Assembly (NCBI GenBank): GCA_002269645.1
Contig: NIVC01000011.1
Location: forward strand, 310,001-374,000
DNA length: 64,000 bases
Direction of reading: 5' to 3'
Source: Macrostomum lignano
Taxonomy: Eukaryota
The notes beneath the pieces are model-generated. The model made no database searches and was not told the DNA's origin. It saw only the letters and a program-made list of their open reading frames with translations. Each line of letters opens with the position of its first letter. The stretch's first letter is position 1. Positions 39,533-54,300 of the stretch are shown one piece after another. The position numbers and the translations under genes are program-made.

Positions 39533-40723
39533 CAGGGGCGTCGCCACCGGAGGGGACAAAAGAGACATGCTAATGCATTTGCCCCCCCCCCCCACACCAT
39601 GTGACGCGTTGTGGAAATCAATAATTTTGCTTCATGGCGCCAAATCGAGTGCCTGCGGCGCTAAAATGAGTGCCTACGGCGCCAAAATGAGTGCCTGCGG
39701 CGCTACAATGAGTGCCTGCGACGCCAAAATGAGTGCCTGCGGCGTCAAAATGAGTGCCTGTGGCGCCAAAATGAGTGCCTGCAGCGCCAAAATGAGTGCC
39801 TGCGGCGCTACAATGAGTGCCTGCGACGCCAAAATGAGTGCCTGCGGCGTCAAAATGAGTGCCTGTGGCGCCAAAATAAGTGCCTGCGGCGCCAAATGAG
39901 TGTCTGCGGCGCCAAAATGAGTGCCTGCGGCGCCAAAAAAAGTGCCTGCGGCGCCAAAATGAGTGCCTGCGGTGCCAAAATAAGTGCCTGCGGCGCCAAA
40001 TGAGTGTCTGCGGCGCCAAAATGAGTACCTGCGGCGCCAAAAAAAGTGCCTGCGGCGCCAAATGAGTTTCTGCGGCGCCAAAATGAGTGCCTGCGGCGCC
40101 AAATGAGTGTCTGCGGCGCCAAATGAGTGTCTGCGGTGCCAAAATAAGTGCCTGCGGCGCCAAAATGAGTGCCTGCGGCGTTAGAATGAATGCCTGTGGC
40201 GCTAAAATGAGTGCCTGCGGCGCCAAAATGAGTGCCTGCGGCGCCAAAATGAGTGCCTGCGGCGCCAAAATAACTGCCTGCGGCGCCAAAATAACTGCCT
40301 GCGGCGCCAAAACGAGCCCCTGACTGCGGCGCCAAAATGAGTGTATGCGGCGCCAAAATGAGTGCCTGCGGCGCTACAATGAGTACCTGTGGCGCCAAAA
40401 TAAGTGCCTGCGGCGCCAAAATGAGTGCCTGCGGCGCCAAAATAAGTGCCTGCGGCACTACAATGAGTGCCTGCGGCGCCAAAATGAGTGCCTGCGGCGC
40501 CAAAATGAGGTTCTGCTTGCGGCGCCAAAATGAGTGCCTGGCTGCGGCGCCACAATGACTATCAGGGCTAAAATGAGTGCCTGCGGCGCCAAACGAGTGT
40601 CTGCGGTGCCAAAATGAGTGTCTGCGGCCCAAAATGAGTGCCTGCGGCGCCAAAATGAAGACCTGCGGCGAAAAAGACTGCTTTGCTCCCGCACCATAAA
40701 ATCTCATTTCCATGACGCCCCTG
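39533..40723. mobile_element. Non-autonomous hAT-like element (MITE) with internal 21-bp minisatellite
   Basis: Perfect 10-bp TIR CAGGGGCGTC (39533-39542) / GACGCCCCTG (40714-40723). Flanks AATATTCG and AATATCCA match at 6/8, consistent with a decayed 8-bp TSD typical of hAT. No transposase. Confidence 0.7.
39636..40672. repeat. 21-bp minisatellite, ~48 copies (GGCGCCAAAATGAGTGCCTGC)
   Basis: Direct reading; gives GAKMSAC / APQALIL spurious ORFs. Confidence 0.96.
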
Positions 40724-41324
40724 AATATCCACATTCAACACAGTTCCCTAAATCCTTATCTCTTTAGTCTATCTAGACCCTGGAGCCACCGTAATGTCTC
40801 TCATTACTTCCTTCATTAATATCTTCACTTTCCATGTAAAAATAAACCTTATTAGCATTATTCGCGCGCGTACGCAATGCGCCTATTGATGGAACTCGAT
40901 CCCATTCGTTGGTACCGGAGCATGAAGGGGGATCGAGTCCGGAGTTCCCCAGGGGGGAGTCTCCTTGGCTCCTTAGGAACCATTACGTAATCGGAGGGGG
41001 CGGGACAAGAAAAACTCTGGCTTATTCGGGCAGTTTACACTGCACTGTGCCTGCTTAGCTCGTTTGATTAAGAATGAATGCTTAGGGCACAGCGTCTTTA
41101 AGCTAGGCATGTGGGCTCCAGGTCCTGATATTTTATGTCAGTCAATTAATCGTTATTTTCATTATTAAGGGATTCATTAATTCCTAGTCGCTTCGAAGAA
41201 ATCGATAGGTCCAAACAATCGAATTCGAGGTTGAACTCAGATCTGACACAGCAACGGAGTCAGTGGTGAGCGCAGCAGTTTTCATTTTGGCTTCGTCTAC
41301 GGTCTTGGTGAGCGGTGACAAGGG

Positions 41325-41775
41325 AGGGGCGCGCCAATATTTGATGTCTTTCTTGGTGAGCGCCTCTGTCTCTTGGTGGGCGCCCCTGTCTCTGGTGGGC
41401 GTCCCTGTCTCTTGATGAGTGCCCCTGTCTCTTGTTGGGCGCCCCTGTCTCTTGGTGGGCGCCGTTGTCTCTTGGTGGGCGCCGTTGTCTCTTGGTGAGT
41501 GGGCGTCCCTGTCTCTTGGTGGGCGCCCCTGTCTCTTGGTGGGCGCCGTTGTCTCTTGGTGGGCGCCCCTTTCTCTTGGTAGGCGCCCCTGTCTCTTGGT
41601 GGGCACCCCTGTCTCTTGGTGAGTGGGCGTCCCTGTCTCTTGGTGGGTGGGCGCCCCTGTCTCTTGGTGGGTGGGCGCCCCTGTCTCTTGGTGGGTGGGC
41701 GCCCCTGTCTCTTGGTGGGTGGGCGCCCCTGTCTCTTGGTGGGCGCCCCTGTCTCTTGGTGAGTGGGCGCCCCTG
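41325..41775. repeat. ~20-24-bp minisatellite (GGGCGCCCCTGTCTCTTGGT) bounded by hAT-like TIR sequences
   Basis: Left AGGGGCGC at 41325 and right GCGCCCCT(G) ending 41775. Each unit carries GGCGCCCCTG. No TSD found. Confidence 0.8.
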
Positions 41776-42317
41776 TTTCTGTCTCTAAGGCCGATGGACG
41801 CCACATCCAAGAGGTGGCAAAAGTTGAGCTTGGTCACCGCTTTCATTTAGTTTTGAGAGACGTGCAATTTTTGTGTAGAACCTTGAGGGGGGCCGTTCGC
41901 CGCCAGACCGATTCCAGTCTGAACACAATTAGACAACAAATCTACCTTTTCCTGTAGCAGCCCATTCACCTACCTGTCTTAAACTGCCATACATAATAAA
42001 CTGGACGAATTCTTCCTTCATTTTTCATAGTCGGGATTTTTTTCTTGCCTAGCGGTGTGATTTTGTCTTGGCACGAGTCGACAATTTGAGCGATGCGAAG
42101 GGTAGAAGAAAAAGAAGAAGAAGAACAGGTGAAAATTGCTGCACCGATTCTTCCCTAGACGAGACTAATGGCAATTGATCGGGTTCAGGGCTCCATTAGC
42201 GGGGCTTCGCGCTTTCTGACTTCCTTTTTAGGAGGCCCCGGGAGCTAATTTTGGATAGTTCAGTCATTATTTATCGCTGCATCCGCTTGTTGCAGACAGC
42301 CGCCCCGAAATTTACTG

Positions 42318-45300
42318 TCTGTTCACTCTCTTTTCAGTCTGTTCACTCTCTTATCAGTCTGTTCACTCTCTTATCAGTCTGTTTAATCTCTTATCAATCT
42401 GTTCACTCTCTTATCAATCTGTTCACTCTCTTATCAGTCTGTTCACTCTCTTATCAGTCTGTTTAATCTCTTATCACTCTGTTCACTCTCTTATCAATCT
42501 GCTCACTCTCTTATCAATCTGTTCACTCTCTTATCAATCTGTTCACTCTTTTATCAATTTGGTCGCTCTCTTATCAATCTGGCCACTCTCTTATCACTCT
42601 GTTCACTTCTTATCAGTCTGTTCACTCTCTTATCACTCTGTTCACTTCTTATCAACCTGTCACTCTCTTATCAGTCTGTTCACTCTCTTATCAATCTGGT
42701 CACTCTCTTATCAATCTGTTCACTCTCTTATCAGTCTGTTCACTCTCTTATCACTCTGTTCACTCTCTTATCAATCTGTTCACTCTCTTATCAATCTGTT
42801 CACTCTCTTATCAGTCTGTTCACTCTCTTATCAATCTGTTCACTCTCTTATCAGTCTGTTCACTCTCTTATCAGTCTGTTCACTCTCTTATCAGTCTGTT
42901 CACTCTCTTATCAATCTGTTCACTCTCTTTTCAGTCTGTTCACTCTCTTATCAATCTGTTCACTCTCTTATCAATCTGTTCACTCTCTTATCAGTCTGTT
43001 CACTCTCTTATCAATCTGTTCACTCTCTTATCAATCTGTTCACTCTCTTATCAGTCTGTTCACTCTCTTATCAATCTGTTCACTCTCTTATCAGTCTGTT
43101 CACTCTCTTATCAGTCTGTTCACTCTCTTATCAGTCTGTTCACTCTCTTATCAGTCTGTTCACTCTCTTATCAGTCTGTTCACTCTCTTATCAATCTGTT
43201 CACTCTCTTATCAATCTGTTCACTCTCTTATCAGTCTGTTCACTCTCTTATCAATCTGTTCACTCTCTTATCAATCTGTTCACTCTCTTATCAATCTGTT
43301 CACTCTTTTATCAATCTGTTCACTCTCTTATCAATCTGTTCACTCTCTTATCAGTCTGTTCACTCTCTTATCAATCTGTTCCCTCTCTTATCAGTCTGTT
43401 CACTCTCTTATCAGTCTGTTCACTCTCTTATCAATCTGTTCACTCTCTTATCAGTCTGTTCACTCTCTTATCAGTCTGTTCAATCTCTTATCAATCTTTT
43501 CACTCTCTTATCAATCTGTTCACTCTCTTATCAATCTGTTCACTCTCTTATCAGTCTGTTCACTCTCTTATCAGTCTGTTCACTCTCTTATGAGTCTGTT
43601 CACTCTCTTATCAGTCTGTTCAATCTCTTATCAATCTTTTCACTCTCTTATCAATCTGTTCACTCTCTTATCAATCTGTTCACTCTCTTATCAGTCTGTT
43701 CACTCTCTTATCAGTCTGTTCACTCTCTTATCAGTCTGTTCACTCTCTTATCAGTCTGTTCACTCTCTTATCAGTCTGTTCAATCTCTTATCAATCTGTT
43801 CTCTCTTGTCGCTCTGTTCACTCTTTTATCACTCTGTTCACTCTCTTATCAGTCTGTTCACTCTCTTATCAGTCTGTTCACTCTCTTATCAGTCTGTTCA
43901 CTCTCTTATCAGTCTGTTCACTCTCTTATCAATCTGTTCACTCTCTTATCAGTCTGTTCACTCTCTTATCAGTCTGTTCACTCTCTTATCACTCTGTTCA
44001 CTCTCTTATCAATCTGTTCACTCTCTTATCAATCTGTTCACTCTCTTATCAGTCTGTTCACTCTCTTATCAGTCTGTTCACTCTCTTATCACTCTGTTCA
44101 CTCTCTTATCAATCTGTTCACTCTCTTATCAATCTGTTCACTCTCTTATCAGTCTGTTCACTCTCTTATCAGTCTGTTCACTCTCTTATCAGTCTGTTCA
44201 CTCTCTTATCAGTCTGTTCACTCTCTTATCAATCTGTTCACTCTCTTATCAGTCTGTTCACTCTCTTATCACTCTGTTCACTCTCTTATCAATCTGTTCA
44301 CTCTCTTATCAGTCTGTTCACTCTCTTATCAGTCTGTTCAATCTCTTATCAATCTTTTCACTCTCTTATCAATCTGTTCACTCTCTTATCAATCTGTTCA
44401 CTCTCTTATCAGTCTGTTCACTCTCTTATCAGTCTGTTCACTCTCTTATCAGTCTGTTCACTCTCTTATCAGTCTGTTCAATCTCTTATCAATCTTTTCA
44501 CTCTCTTATCAATCTGTTCACTCTCTTATCAATCTGTTCACTCTCTTATCAGTCTGTTCACTCTCTTATCAGTCTGTTCACTCTCTTATCAGTCTGTTCA
44601 CTCTCTTATCAGTCTGTTCACTCTCTTATCAGTCTGTTCAATCTCTTATCAATCTGTTCACTCTCTTATCGTCTGTTCACTCTTTATCACTGTTCACTCT
44701 CTTATCAGTCTGTTCACTCTCTTATCAGTCTGTTCACTCTCTTATCAGTCTGTTCACTCTCTTATCAGTCTGTTCACTCTCTTATCAGTCTGTTCACTCT
44801 CTTATCAGTCTGTTCACTCTCTTATCAGTCTGTTCACTCTCTTATCAATCTGTTCACTCTCTTATCAATCTGTTCACTCTCTTATCAGTCTGTTCACTCT
44901 CTTATCAGTCTGTTCACTCTCTTATCACTCTGTTCACTCTCTTATCAATCTGTTCACTCTCTTATCAATCTGTTCACTCTCTTATCAGTCTGTTCACTCT
45001 CTTATCAGTCTGTTCACTCTCTTATCACTCTGTTCACTCTCTTATCAATCTGTTCACTCTCTTATCAATCTGTTCACTCTCTTATCAGTCTGTTCACTCT
45101 CTTATCAGTCTGTTCACTCTCTTATCACTCTGTTCACTCTCTTATCAATCTGTTCACTCTCTTATCAATCTGTTCACTCTCTTATCAGTCTGTTCACTCT
45201 CTTATCAGTCTGTTCACTCTCTTATCACTCTGTTCACTCTCTTATCAATCTGTTCACTCTCTTATCAATCTGTTCACTCTCTTTTCAGTCTGTTCACTCT

Positions 45301-48300
45301 CTTATCAATCTGTTCACTCTCTTATCAGTCTGTTCACTCTCTTATCAGTCTGTTCACTCTCTTATCAGTCTGTTCACTCTCTTATCAATCTGTTCACTCT
45401 CTTATCAGTCTGTTCACTCTCTTATCAGTCTGTTCACTCTCTTATCAATCTGTTCACTCTCTTATCAATCTGTTCACTCTCTTATCAATCTGTTCACTCT
45501 CTTATCAGTCTGTTCACTCTCTTATCAATCTGTTCACTCTCTTATCAATCTGTTCACTCTCTTATCAGTCTGTTCACTCTCTTATCAGTCTGTTCACTCT
45601 CTTATGAGTCTGTTCACTCTCTTATCAGTCTGTTCACTCTCTTATCAGTCTGTTCACTCTCTTATCAGTCTGTTCACTCTCTTATCAATCTGTTCACTCT
45701 CTTATCAGTCTGTTCACTCTCTTATCAGTCTGTTCACTCTCTTATCAGTCTGTTCACTCTCTTATCAGTCTGTTCACTCTCTTATCAGTCTGTTCACTCT
45801 CTTATCAGTCTGTTCACTCTCTTATCAGTCTGTTCACTCTCTTATCAGTCTGTTCACTCTCTTATCAGTCTGTTCACTCTCTTATCAATCTGTTCACTCT
45901 CTTATCAGTCTGTTCACTCTCTTATCAGTCTGTTCACTCTCTTATCAATCTGTTCACTCTCTTATCAGTCTGTTCACTCTCTTATCAGTCTGTTCACTCT
46001 TATCAATCTTTTCACTCTCTTATCAATCTGTTCACTCTCTTATCAATCTGTTCACTCTCTTATCAGTCTGTTCACTCTCTTATCAATCTGTTCACTCTCT
46101 TATCAATCTGTTCACTCTCTTATCAGTCTGTTCACTCTCTTATCAGTCTGTTCACTCTCTTATCAGTCTGTTCACTCTCTTATCAATCTGTTCACTCTCT
46201 TATCAGTCTGTTCACTCTCTTATCAGTCTGTTCACTCTCTTATCAGTCTGTTCACTCTCTTATCAGTCTGTTCACTCTCTTATCAGTCTGTTCACTCTCT
46301 TATCAGTCTGTTCACTCTCTTATCAATCTGTTCACTCTCTTATCAATCTGTTCACTCTCTTATCAATCTGTTCACTCTCTTATCAATCTGTTCACTCTCT
46401 TATCAATCTGTTCACTCTCTTATCAGTCTGTTCACTCTCTTATCAATCTGTTCACTCTCTTATCAGTCTGTTCACTCTCTTATCAGTCTGTTCACTCTCT
46501 TATCAATCTGTTCACTCTCTTATCAGTCTGTTCACTCTCTTATCAGTCTGTTCACTCTCTTATCAATCTGTTCACTCTCTTATCAATCTGTTCACTCTCT
46601 TATCAATCTGTTCACTCTCTTATCAGTCTGTTCACTCTCTTATCAGTCTGTTCACTCTCTTATCAGTCTGTTCACTCTCTTATCAGTCTGTTCACTCTCT
46701 TATCAATCTGTTCACTCTCTTATCAGTCTGTTCACTCTCTTATCAGTCTGTTCACTCTCTTATCAGTCTGTTCACTCTCTTATCACTCTGTTCACTCTCT
46801 TATCAATCTGTTCACTCTCTTATCAATCTGTTCACTCTCTTATCAGTCTGTTCACTCTCTTATCAGTCTGTTCACTCTCTTATCAGTCTGTTCACTCTCT
46901 TATCAATCTGTTCACTCTCTTATCAATCTGTTCACTCTCTTATCAGTCTGTTCACTCTCTTATCAATCTGTTCACTCTCTTATCAGTCTGTTCACTCTCT
47001 TATCAGTCTGTTCACTCTCTTATCAGTCTGTTCACTCTCTTATCAATCTGTTCACTCTCTTATCAGTCTGTTCACTCTCTTATCAGTCTGTTCACTCTCT
47101 TATCAATCTGTTCACTCTCTTATCAGTCTGTTCACTCTCTTATCAGTCTGTTCACTCTCTTATCAGTCTGTTCACTCTCTTATCAATCTGTTCACTCTCT
47201 TATCAATCTGTTCACTCTCTTATCAGTCTGTTCACTCTCTTATCAGTCTGTTCACTCTCTTATCAGTCTGTTCACTCTCTTATCAGTCTGTTCACTCTCT
47301 TATCAGTCTGTTCACTCTCTTATCAGTCTGTTCACTCTCTTATCAATCTGTTCACTCTCTTATCAGTCTGTTCACTCTCTTATCAGTCTGTTCACTCTCT
47401 TATCAATCTGTTCACTCTCTTATCAGTCTGTTCACTCTCTTATCAGTCTGTTCACTCTCTTATCAATCTGTTCACTCTCTTATCAATCTGTTCACTCTCT
47501 TATCAATCTGTTCACTCTCTTATCAGTCTGTTCACTCTCTTATCAATCTGTTCACTCTCTTATCAATCTGTTCACTCTCTTATCAGTCTGTTCACTCTCT
47601 TATCAGTCTGTTCACTCTCTTATCAGTCTGTTCACTCTCTTATCAATCTGTTCACTCTCTTATCAGTCTGTTCACTCTCTTATCAGTCTGTTCACTCTCT
47701 TATCAGTCTGTTCACTCTCTTATCAGTCTGTTCACTCTCTTATCAGTCTGTTCACTCTCTTATCAGTCTGTTCACTCTCTTATCAATCTGTTCACTCTCT
47801 TATCAATCTGTTCACTCTCTTATCAATCTGTTCACTCTTTTATCAATCTGTTCACTCTCTTATCAATCTGTTCACTCTCTTATCAGTCTGTTCACTCTCT
47901 TATCAATCTGTTCACTCTCTTATCAGTCTGTTCACTCTCTTATCAGTCTGTTCACTCTCTTATCAATCTGTTCACTCTCTTATCAGTCTGTTCACTCTCT
48001 TATCAGTCTGTTCACTCTCTTATCAATCTGTTCACTCTCTTATCAATCTGTTCACTCTCTTATCAATCTGTTCACTCTCTTATCAGTCTGTTCACTCTCT
48101 TATCAGTCTGTTCACTCTCTTATCAGTCTGTTCACTCTCTTATCAGTCTGTTCACTCTCTTATCAATCTGTTCACTCTCTTATCAGTCTGTTCACTCTCT
48201 TATCAATCTGTTCACTCTCTTATCAGTCTGTTCACTCTCTTATCAGTCTGTTCACTCTCTTATCAGTCTGTTCACTCTCTTATCATCTGTTCACTCTCTT

Positions 48301-51300
48301 ATCAATCTGTTCACTCTCTTATCAATCTGTTCACTCTCTTATCAGTCTGTTCACTCTCTTATCAGTCTGTTCACTCTCTTATCAGTCTGTTCACTCTCTT
48401 ATCAATCTGTTCACTCTCTTATCAATCTGTTCACTCTCTTATCAGTCTGTTCACTCTCTTATCAATCTGTTCACTCTCTTATCAGTCTGTTCACTCTCTT
48501 ATCAGTCTGTTCACTCTCTTATCAGTCTGTTCACTCTCTTATCAATCTGTTCACTCTCTTATCAGTCTGTTCACTCTCTTATCAGTCTGTTCACTCTCTT
48601 ATCAATCTGTTCACTCTCTTATCAATCTGTTCACTCTCTTATCAATCTGTTCACTCTCTTATCAGTCTGTTCACTCTCTTATCAGTCTGTTCACTCTCTT
48701 ATCAGTCTGTTCACTCTCTTATCAGTCTGTTCACTCTCTTATCAGTCTGTTCACTCTCTTATCAGTCTGTTCACTCTCTTATCAGTCTGTTCACTCTCTT
48801 ATCAGTCTGTTCACTCTCTTATCAGTCTGTTCACTCTCTTATCAATCTGTTCACTCTCTTATCAGTCTGTTCACTCTCTTATCAGTCTGTTCACTCTCTT
48901 ATCAGTCTGTTCACTCTCTTATCAGTCTGTTCACTCTCTTATCAGTCTGTTCACTCTCTTATCAGTCTGTTCACTCTCTTATCAGTCTGTTCACTCTCTT
49001 ATCAGTCTGTTCACTCTCTTATCAGTCTGTTCACTCTCTTATCAATCTGTTCACTCTCTTATCAGTCTGTTCACTCTCTTATCAGTCTGTTCACTCTCTT
49101 ATCAATCTGTTCACTCTCTTATCAGTCTGTTCACTCTCTTATCAGTCTGTTCAATCTCTTATCAATCTTTTCACTCTCTTATCAATCTGTTCACTCTCTT
49201 ATCAATCTGTTCACTCTCTTATCAGTCTGTTCACTCTCTTATCAATCTGTTCACTCTCTTATCAATCTGTTCACTCTCTTATCAATCTGTTCACTCTCTT
49301 ATCAGTCTGTTCACTCTCTTATCAGTCTGTTCACTCTCTTATCAATCTGTTCACTCTCTTATCAGTCTGTTCACTCTCTTATCAGTCTGTTCACTCTCTT
49401 ATCAGTCTGTTCACTCTCTTATCAGTCTGTTCACTCTCTTATCAGTCTGTTCACTCTCTTATCAGTCTGTTCACTCTCTTATCAATCTGTTCACTCTCTT
49501 ATCAATCTGTTCACTCTCTTATCAATCTGTTCACTCTCTTATCAGTCTGTTCACTCTCTTATCAATCTGTTCACTCTCTTATCAGTCTGTTCACTCTCTT
49601 ATCAATCTGTTCACTCTCTTATCAGTCTGTTCACTCTCTTATCAGTCTGTTCACTCTCTTATCAATCTGTTCACTCTCTTATCAGTCTGTTCACTCTCTT
49701 ATCAGTCTGTTCACTCTCTTATCAATCTGTTCACTCTCTTATCAATCTGTTCACTCTCTTATCAATCTGTTCACTCTCTTATCAGTCTGTTCACTCTCTT
49801 ATCAGTCTGTTCACTCTCTTATCAGTCTGTTCACTCTCTTATCAGTCTGTTCACTCTCTTATCAATCTGTTCACTCTCTTATCAGTCTGTTCACTCTCTT
49901 ATCAGTCTGTTCACTCTCTTATCAGTCTGTTCACTCTCTTATCAGTCTGTTCACTCTCTTATCAGTCTGTTCACTCTCTTATCAGTCTGTTCACTCTCTT
50001 ATCAGTCTGTTCACTCTCTTATCAGTCTGTTCACTCTCTTATCAGTCTGTTCACTCTCTTATCAGTCTGTTCACTCTCTTATCAGTCTGTTCACTCTCTT
50101 ATCAGTCTGTTCACTCTCTTATCAGTCTGTTCACTCTCTTATCAGTCTGTTCACTCTCTTATCAGTCTGTTCACTCTCTTATCAGTCTGTTCACTCTCTT
50201 ATCAGTCTGTTCACTCTCTTATCAGTCTGTTCACTCTCTTATCAATCTGTTCACTCTCTTATCAGTCTGTTCACTCTCTTATCAGTCTGTTCACTCTCTT
50301 ATCAGTCTGTTCACTCTCTTATCAGTCTGTTCACTCTCTTATCAATCTGTTCACTCTCTTATCAATCTGTTCACTCTCTTATCAGTCTGTTCACTCTCTT
50401 ATCAGTCTGTTCACTCTCTTATCAGTCTGTTCACTCTCTTATCAATCTGTTCACTCTCTTATCAGTCTGTTCACTCTCTTATCAGTCTGTTCACTCTCTT
50501 ATCAGTCTGTTCACTCTCTTATCAGTCTGTTCACTCTCTTATCAATCTGTTCACTCTCTTATCAATCTGTTCACTCTCTTATCAGTCTGTTCACTCTCTT
50601 ATCAGTCTGTTCACTCTCTTATCAGTCTGTTCACTCTCTTATCAATCTGTTCACTCTCTTATCAGTCTGTTCACTCTCTTATCAGTCTGTTCACTCTCTT
50701 ATCAGTCTGTTCACTCTCTTATCAGTCTGTTCACTCTCTTATCAGTCTGTTCACTCTCTTATCAATCTGTTCACTCTCTTATCAGTCTGTTCACTCTCTT
50801 ATCAGTCTGTTCACTCTCTTATCAATCTGTTCACTCTCTTATCAGTCTGTTCACTCTCTTATCAATCTGTTCACTCTCTTATCAGTCTGTTCACTCTCTT
50901 ATCAGTCTGTTCACTCTCTTATCAGTCTGTTCACTCTCTTATCAGTCTGTTCACTCTCTTATCAGTCTGTTCACTCTCTTATCAGTCTGTTCACTCTCTT
51001 ATCAGTCTGTTCACTCTCTTATCAGTCTGTTCACTCTCTTATCAGTCTGTTCACTCTCTTATCAGTCTGTTCACTCTCTTATCAGTCTGTTCACTCTCTT
51101 ATCAATCTGTTCACTCTCTTATCAATCTGTTCACTCTCTTATCAGTCTGTTCACTCTCTTATCAGTCTGTTCACTCTCTTATCAGTCTGTTCACTCTCTT
51201 ATCAGTCTGTTCACTCTCTTATCAATCTGTTCACTCTCTTATCAGTCTGTTCACTCTCTTATCAGTCTGTTCACTCTCTTATCAATCTGTTCACTCTCTT

Positions 51301-54300
51301 ATCAGTCTGTTCACTCTCTTATCAGTCTGTTCACTCTCTTATCAATCTGTTCACTCTCTTATCAGTCTGTTCACTCTCTTATCAGTCTGTTCACTCTCTT
51401 ATCAGTCTGTTCACTCTCTTATCAGTCTGTTCACTCTCTTATCAGTCTGTTCACTCTCTTATCAGTCTGTTCACTCTCTTATCAATCTGTTCACTCTCTT
51501 ATCAGTCTGTTCACTCTCTTATCAGTCTGTTCACTCTCTTATCAATCTGTTCACTCTCTTATCAATCTGTTCACTCTCTTATCAGTCTGTTCACTCTCTT
51601 ATCAGTCTGTTCACTCTCTTATCAGTCTGTTCACTCTCTTATCAGTCTGTTCACTCTCTTATCAGTCTGTTCACTCTCTTATCAGTCTGTTCACTCTCTT
51701 ATCAATCTGTTCACTCTCTTATCAATCTGTTCACTCTCTTATCAATCTGTTCACTCTCTTATCAATCTGTTCACTCTCTTATCAGTCTGTTCACTCTCTT
51801 ATCAATCTGTTCACTCTCTTATCAGTCTGTTCACTCTCTTATCAATCTGTTCACTCTCTTATCAGTCTGTTCACTCTCTTATCAGTCTGTTCACTCTCTT
51901 ATCAGTCTGTTCACTCTCTTATCAGTCTGTTCACTCTCTTATCAGTCTGTTCACTCTCTTATCAATCTGTTCACTCTCTTATCAGTCTGTTCACTCTCTT
52001 ATCAGTCTGTTCACTCTCTTATCAGTCTGTTCACTCTCTTATCAGTCTGTTCACTCTCTTATCAGTCTGTTCACTCTCTTATCAGTCTGTTCACTCTCTT
52101 ATCAGTCTGTTCACTCTCTTATCAGTCTGTTCACTCTCTTATCAGTCTGTTCACTCTCTTATCAGTCTGTTCACTCTCTTATCAGTCTGTTCACTCTCTT
52201 ATCAGTCTGTTCACTCTCTTATCAGTCTGTTCACTCTCTTATCAGTCTGTTCACTCTCTTATCAGTCTGTTCACTCTCTTATCAGTCTGTTCACTCTCTT
52301 ATCAGTCTGTTCACTCTCTTATCAGTCTGTTCACTCTCTTATCAGTCTGTTCACTCTCTTATCAGTCTGTTCACTCTCTTATCAGTCTGTTCACTCTCTT
52401 ATCAGTCTGTTCACTCTCTTATCAGTCTGTTCACTCTCTTATCAGTCTGTTCACTCTCTTATCAGTCTGTTCACTCTCTTATCAATCTGTTCACTCTCTT
52501 ATCAGTCTGTTCACTCTCTTATCAGTCTGTTCACTCTCTTATCAATCTGTTCACTCTCTTATCAATCTGTTCACTCTCTTATCAATCTGTTCACTCTCTT
52601 ATCAGTCTGTTCACTCTCTTATCAGTCTGTTCACTCTCTTATCAGTCTGTTCACTCTCTTATCAGTCTGTTCACTCTCTTATCAGTCTGTTCACTCTCTT
52701 ATCAGTCTGTTCACTCTCTTATCAGTCTGTTCACTCTCTTATCAGTCTGTTCACTCTCTTATCAGTCTGTTCACTCTCTTATCATCTGTTCACTCTCTTA
52801 TCAGTCTGTTCACTCTCTTATCAGTCTGTTCACTCTCTTATCAGTCTGTTCACTCTCTTATCAGTCTGTTCACTCTCTTATCAGTCTGTTCACTCTCTTA
52901 TCAGTCTGTTCACTCTCTTATCAGTCTGTTCACTCTCTTATCAGTCTGTTCACTCTCTTATCAGTCTGTTCACTCTCTTATCAGTCTGTTCACTCTCTTA
53001 TCAGTCTGTTCACTCTCTTATCAGTCTGTTCACTCTCTTATCAGTCTGTTCACTCTCTTATCAGTCTGTTCACTCTCTTATCAATCTGTTCACTCTCTTA
53101 TCAGTCTGTTCACTCTCTTATCAATCTGTTCACTCTCTTATCAATCTGTTCACTCTCTTATCAATCTGTTCACTCTCTTATCAGTCTGTTCACTCTCTTA
53201 TCAGTCTGTTCACTCTCTTATCAGTCTGTTCACTCTCTTATCAGTCTGTTCACTCTCTTATCAGTCTGTTCACTCTCTTATCAGTCTGTTCACTCTCTTA
53301 TCAGTCTGTTCACTCTCTTATCAGTCTGTTCACTCTCTTATCAGTCTGTTCACTCTCTTATCAGTCTGTTCACTCTCTTATCAATCTGTTCACTCTCTTA
53401 TCAGTCTGTTCACTCTCTTATCAATCTGTTCACTCTCTTATCAATCTGTTCACTCTCTTATCAATCTGTTCACTCTCTTATCAGTCTGTTCACTCTCTTA
53501 TCAATCTGTTCACTCTCTTATCAGTCTGTTCACTCTCTTATCAGTCTGTTCACTCTCTTATCAGTCTGTTCACTCTCTTATCAGTCTGTTCACTCTCTTA
53601 TCAGTCTGTTCACTCTCTTATCAGTCTGTTCACTCTCTTATCAGTCTGTTCACTCTCTTATCAGTCTGTTCACTCTCTTATCAGTCTGTTCACTCTCTTA
53701 TCAGTCTGTTCACTCTCTTATCAGTCTGTTCACTCTCTTATCAATCTGTTCACTCTCTTATCAGTCTGTTCACTCTCTTATCAGTCTGTTCACTCTCTTA
53801 TCAGTCTGTTCACTCTCTTATCAGTCTGTTCACTCTCTTATCAGTCTGTTCACTCTCTTATCAGTCTGTTCACTCTCTTATCAGTCTGTTCACTCTCTTA
53901 TCAGTCTGTTCACTCTCTTATCAGTCTGTTCACTCTCTTATCAGTCTGTTCACTCTCTTATCAGTCTGTTCACTCTCTTATCAGTCTGTTCACTCTCTTA
54001 TCAGTCTGTTCACTCTCTTATCAGTCTGTTCACTCTCTTATCAGTCTGTTCACTCTCTTATCAGTCTGTTCACTCTCTTATCAGTCTGTTCACTCTCTTA
54101 TCAGTCTGTTCACTCTCTTATCAGTCTGTTCACTCTCTTATCAGTCTGTTCACTCTCTTATCAGTCTGTTCACTCTCTTATCAGTCTGTTCACTCTCTTA
54201 TCAGTCTGTTCACTCTCTTATCAGTCTGTTCACTCTCTTATCAGTCTGTTCACTCTCTTATCAATCTGTTCACTCTCTTATCAGTCTGTTCACTCTCTTA

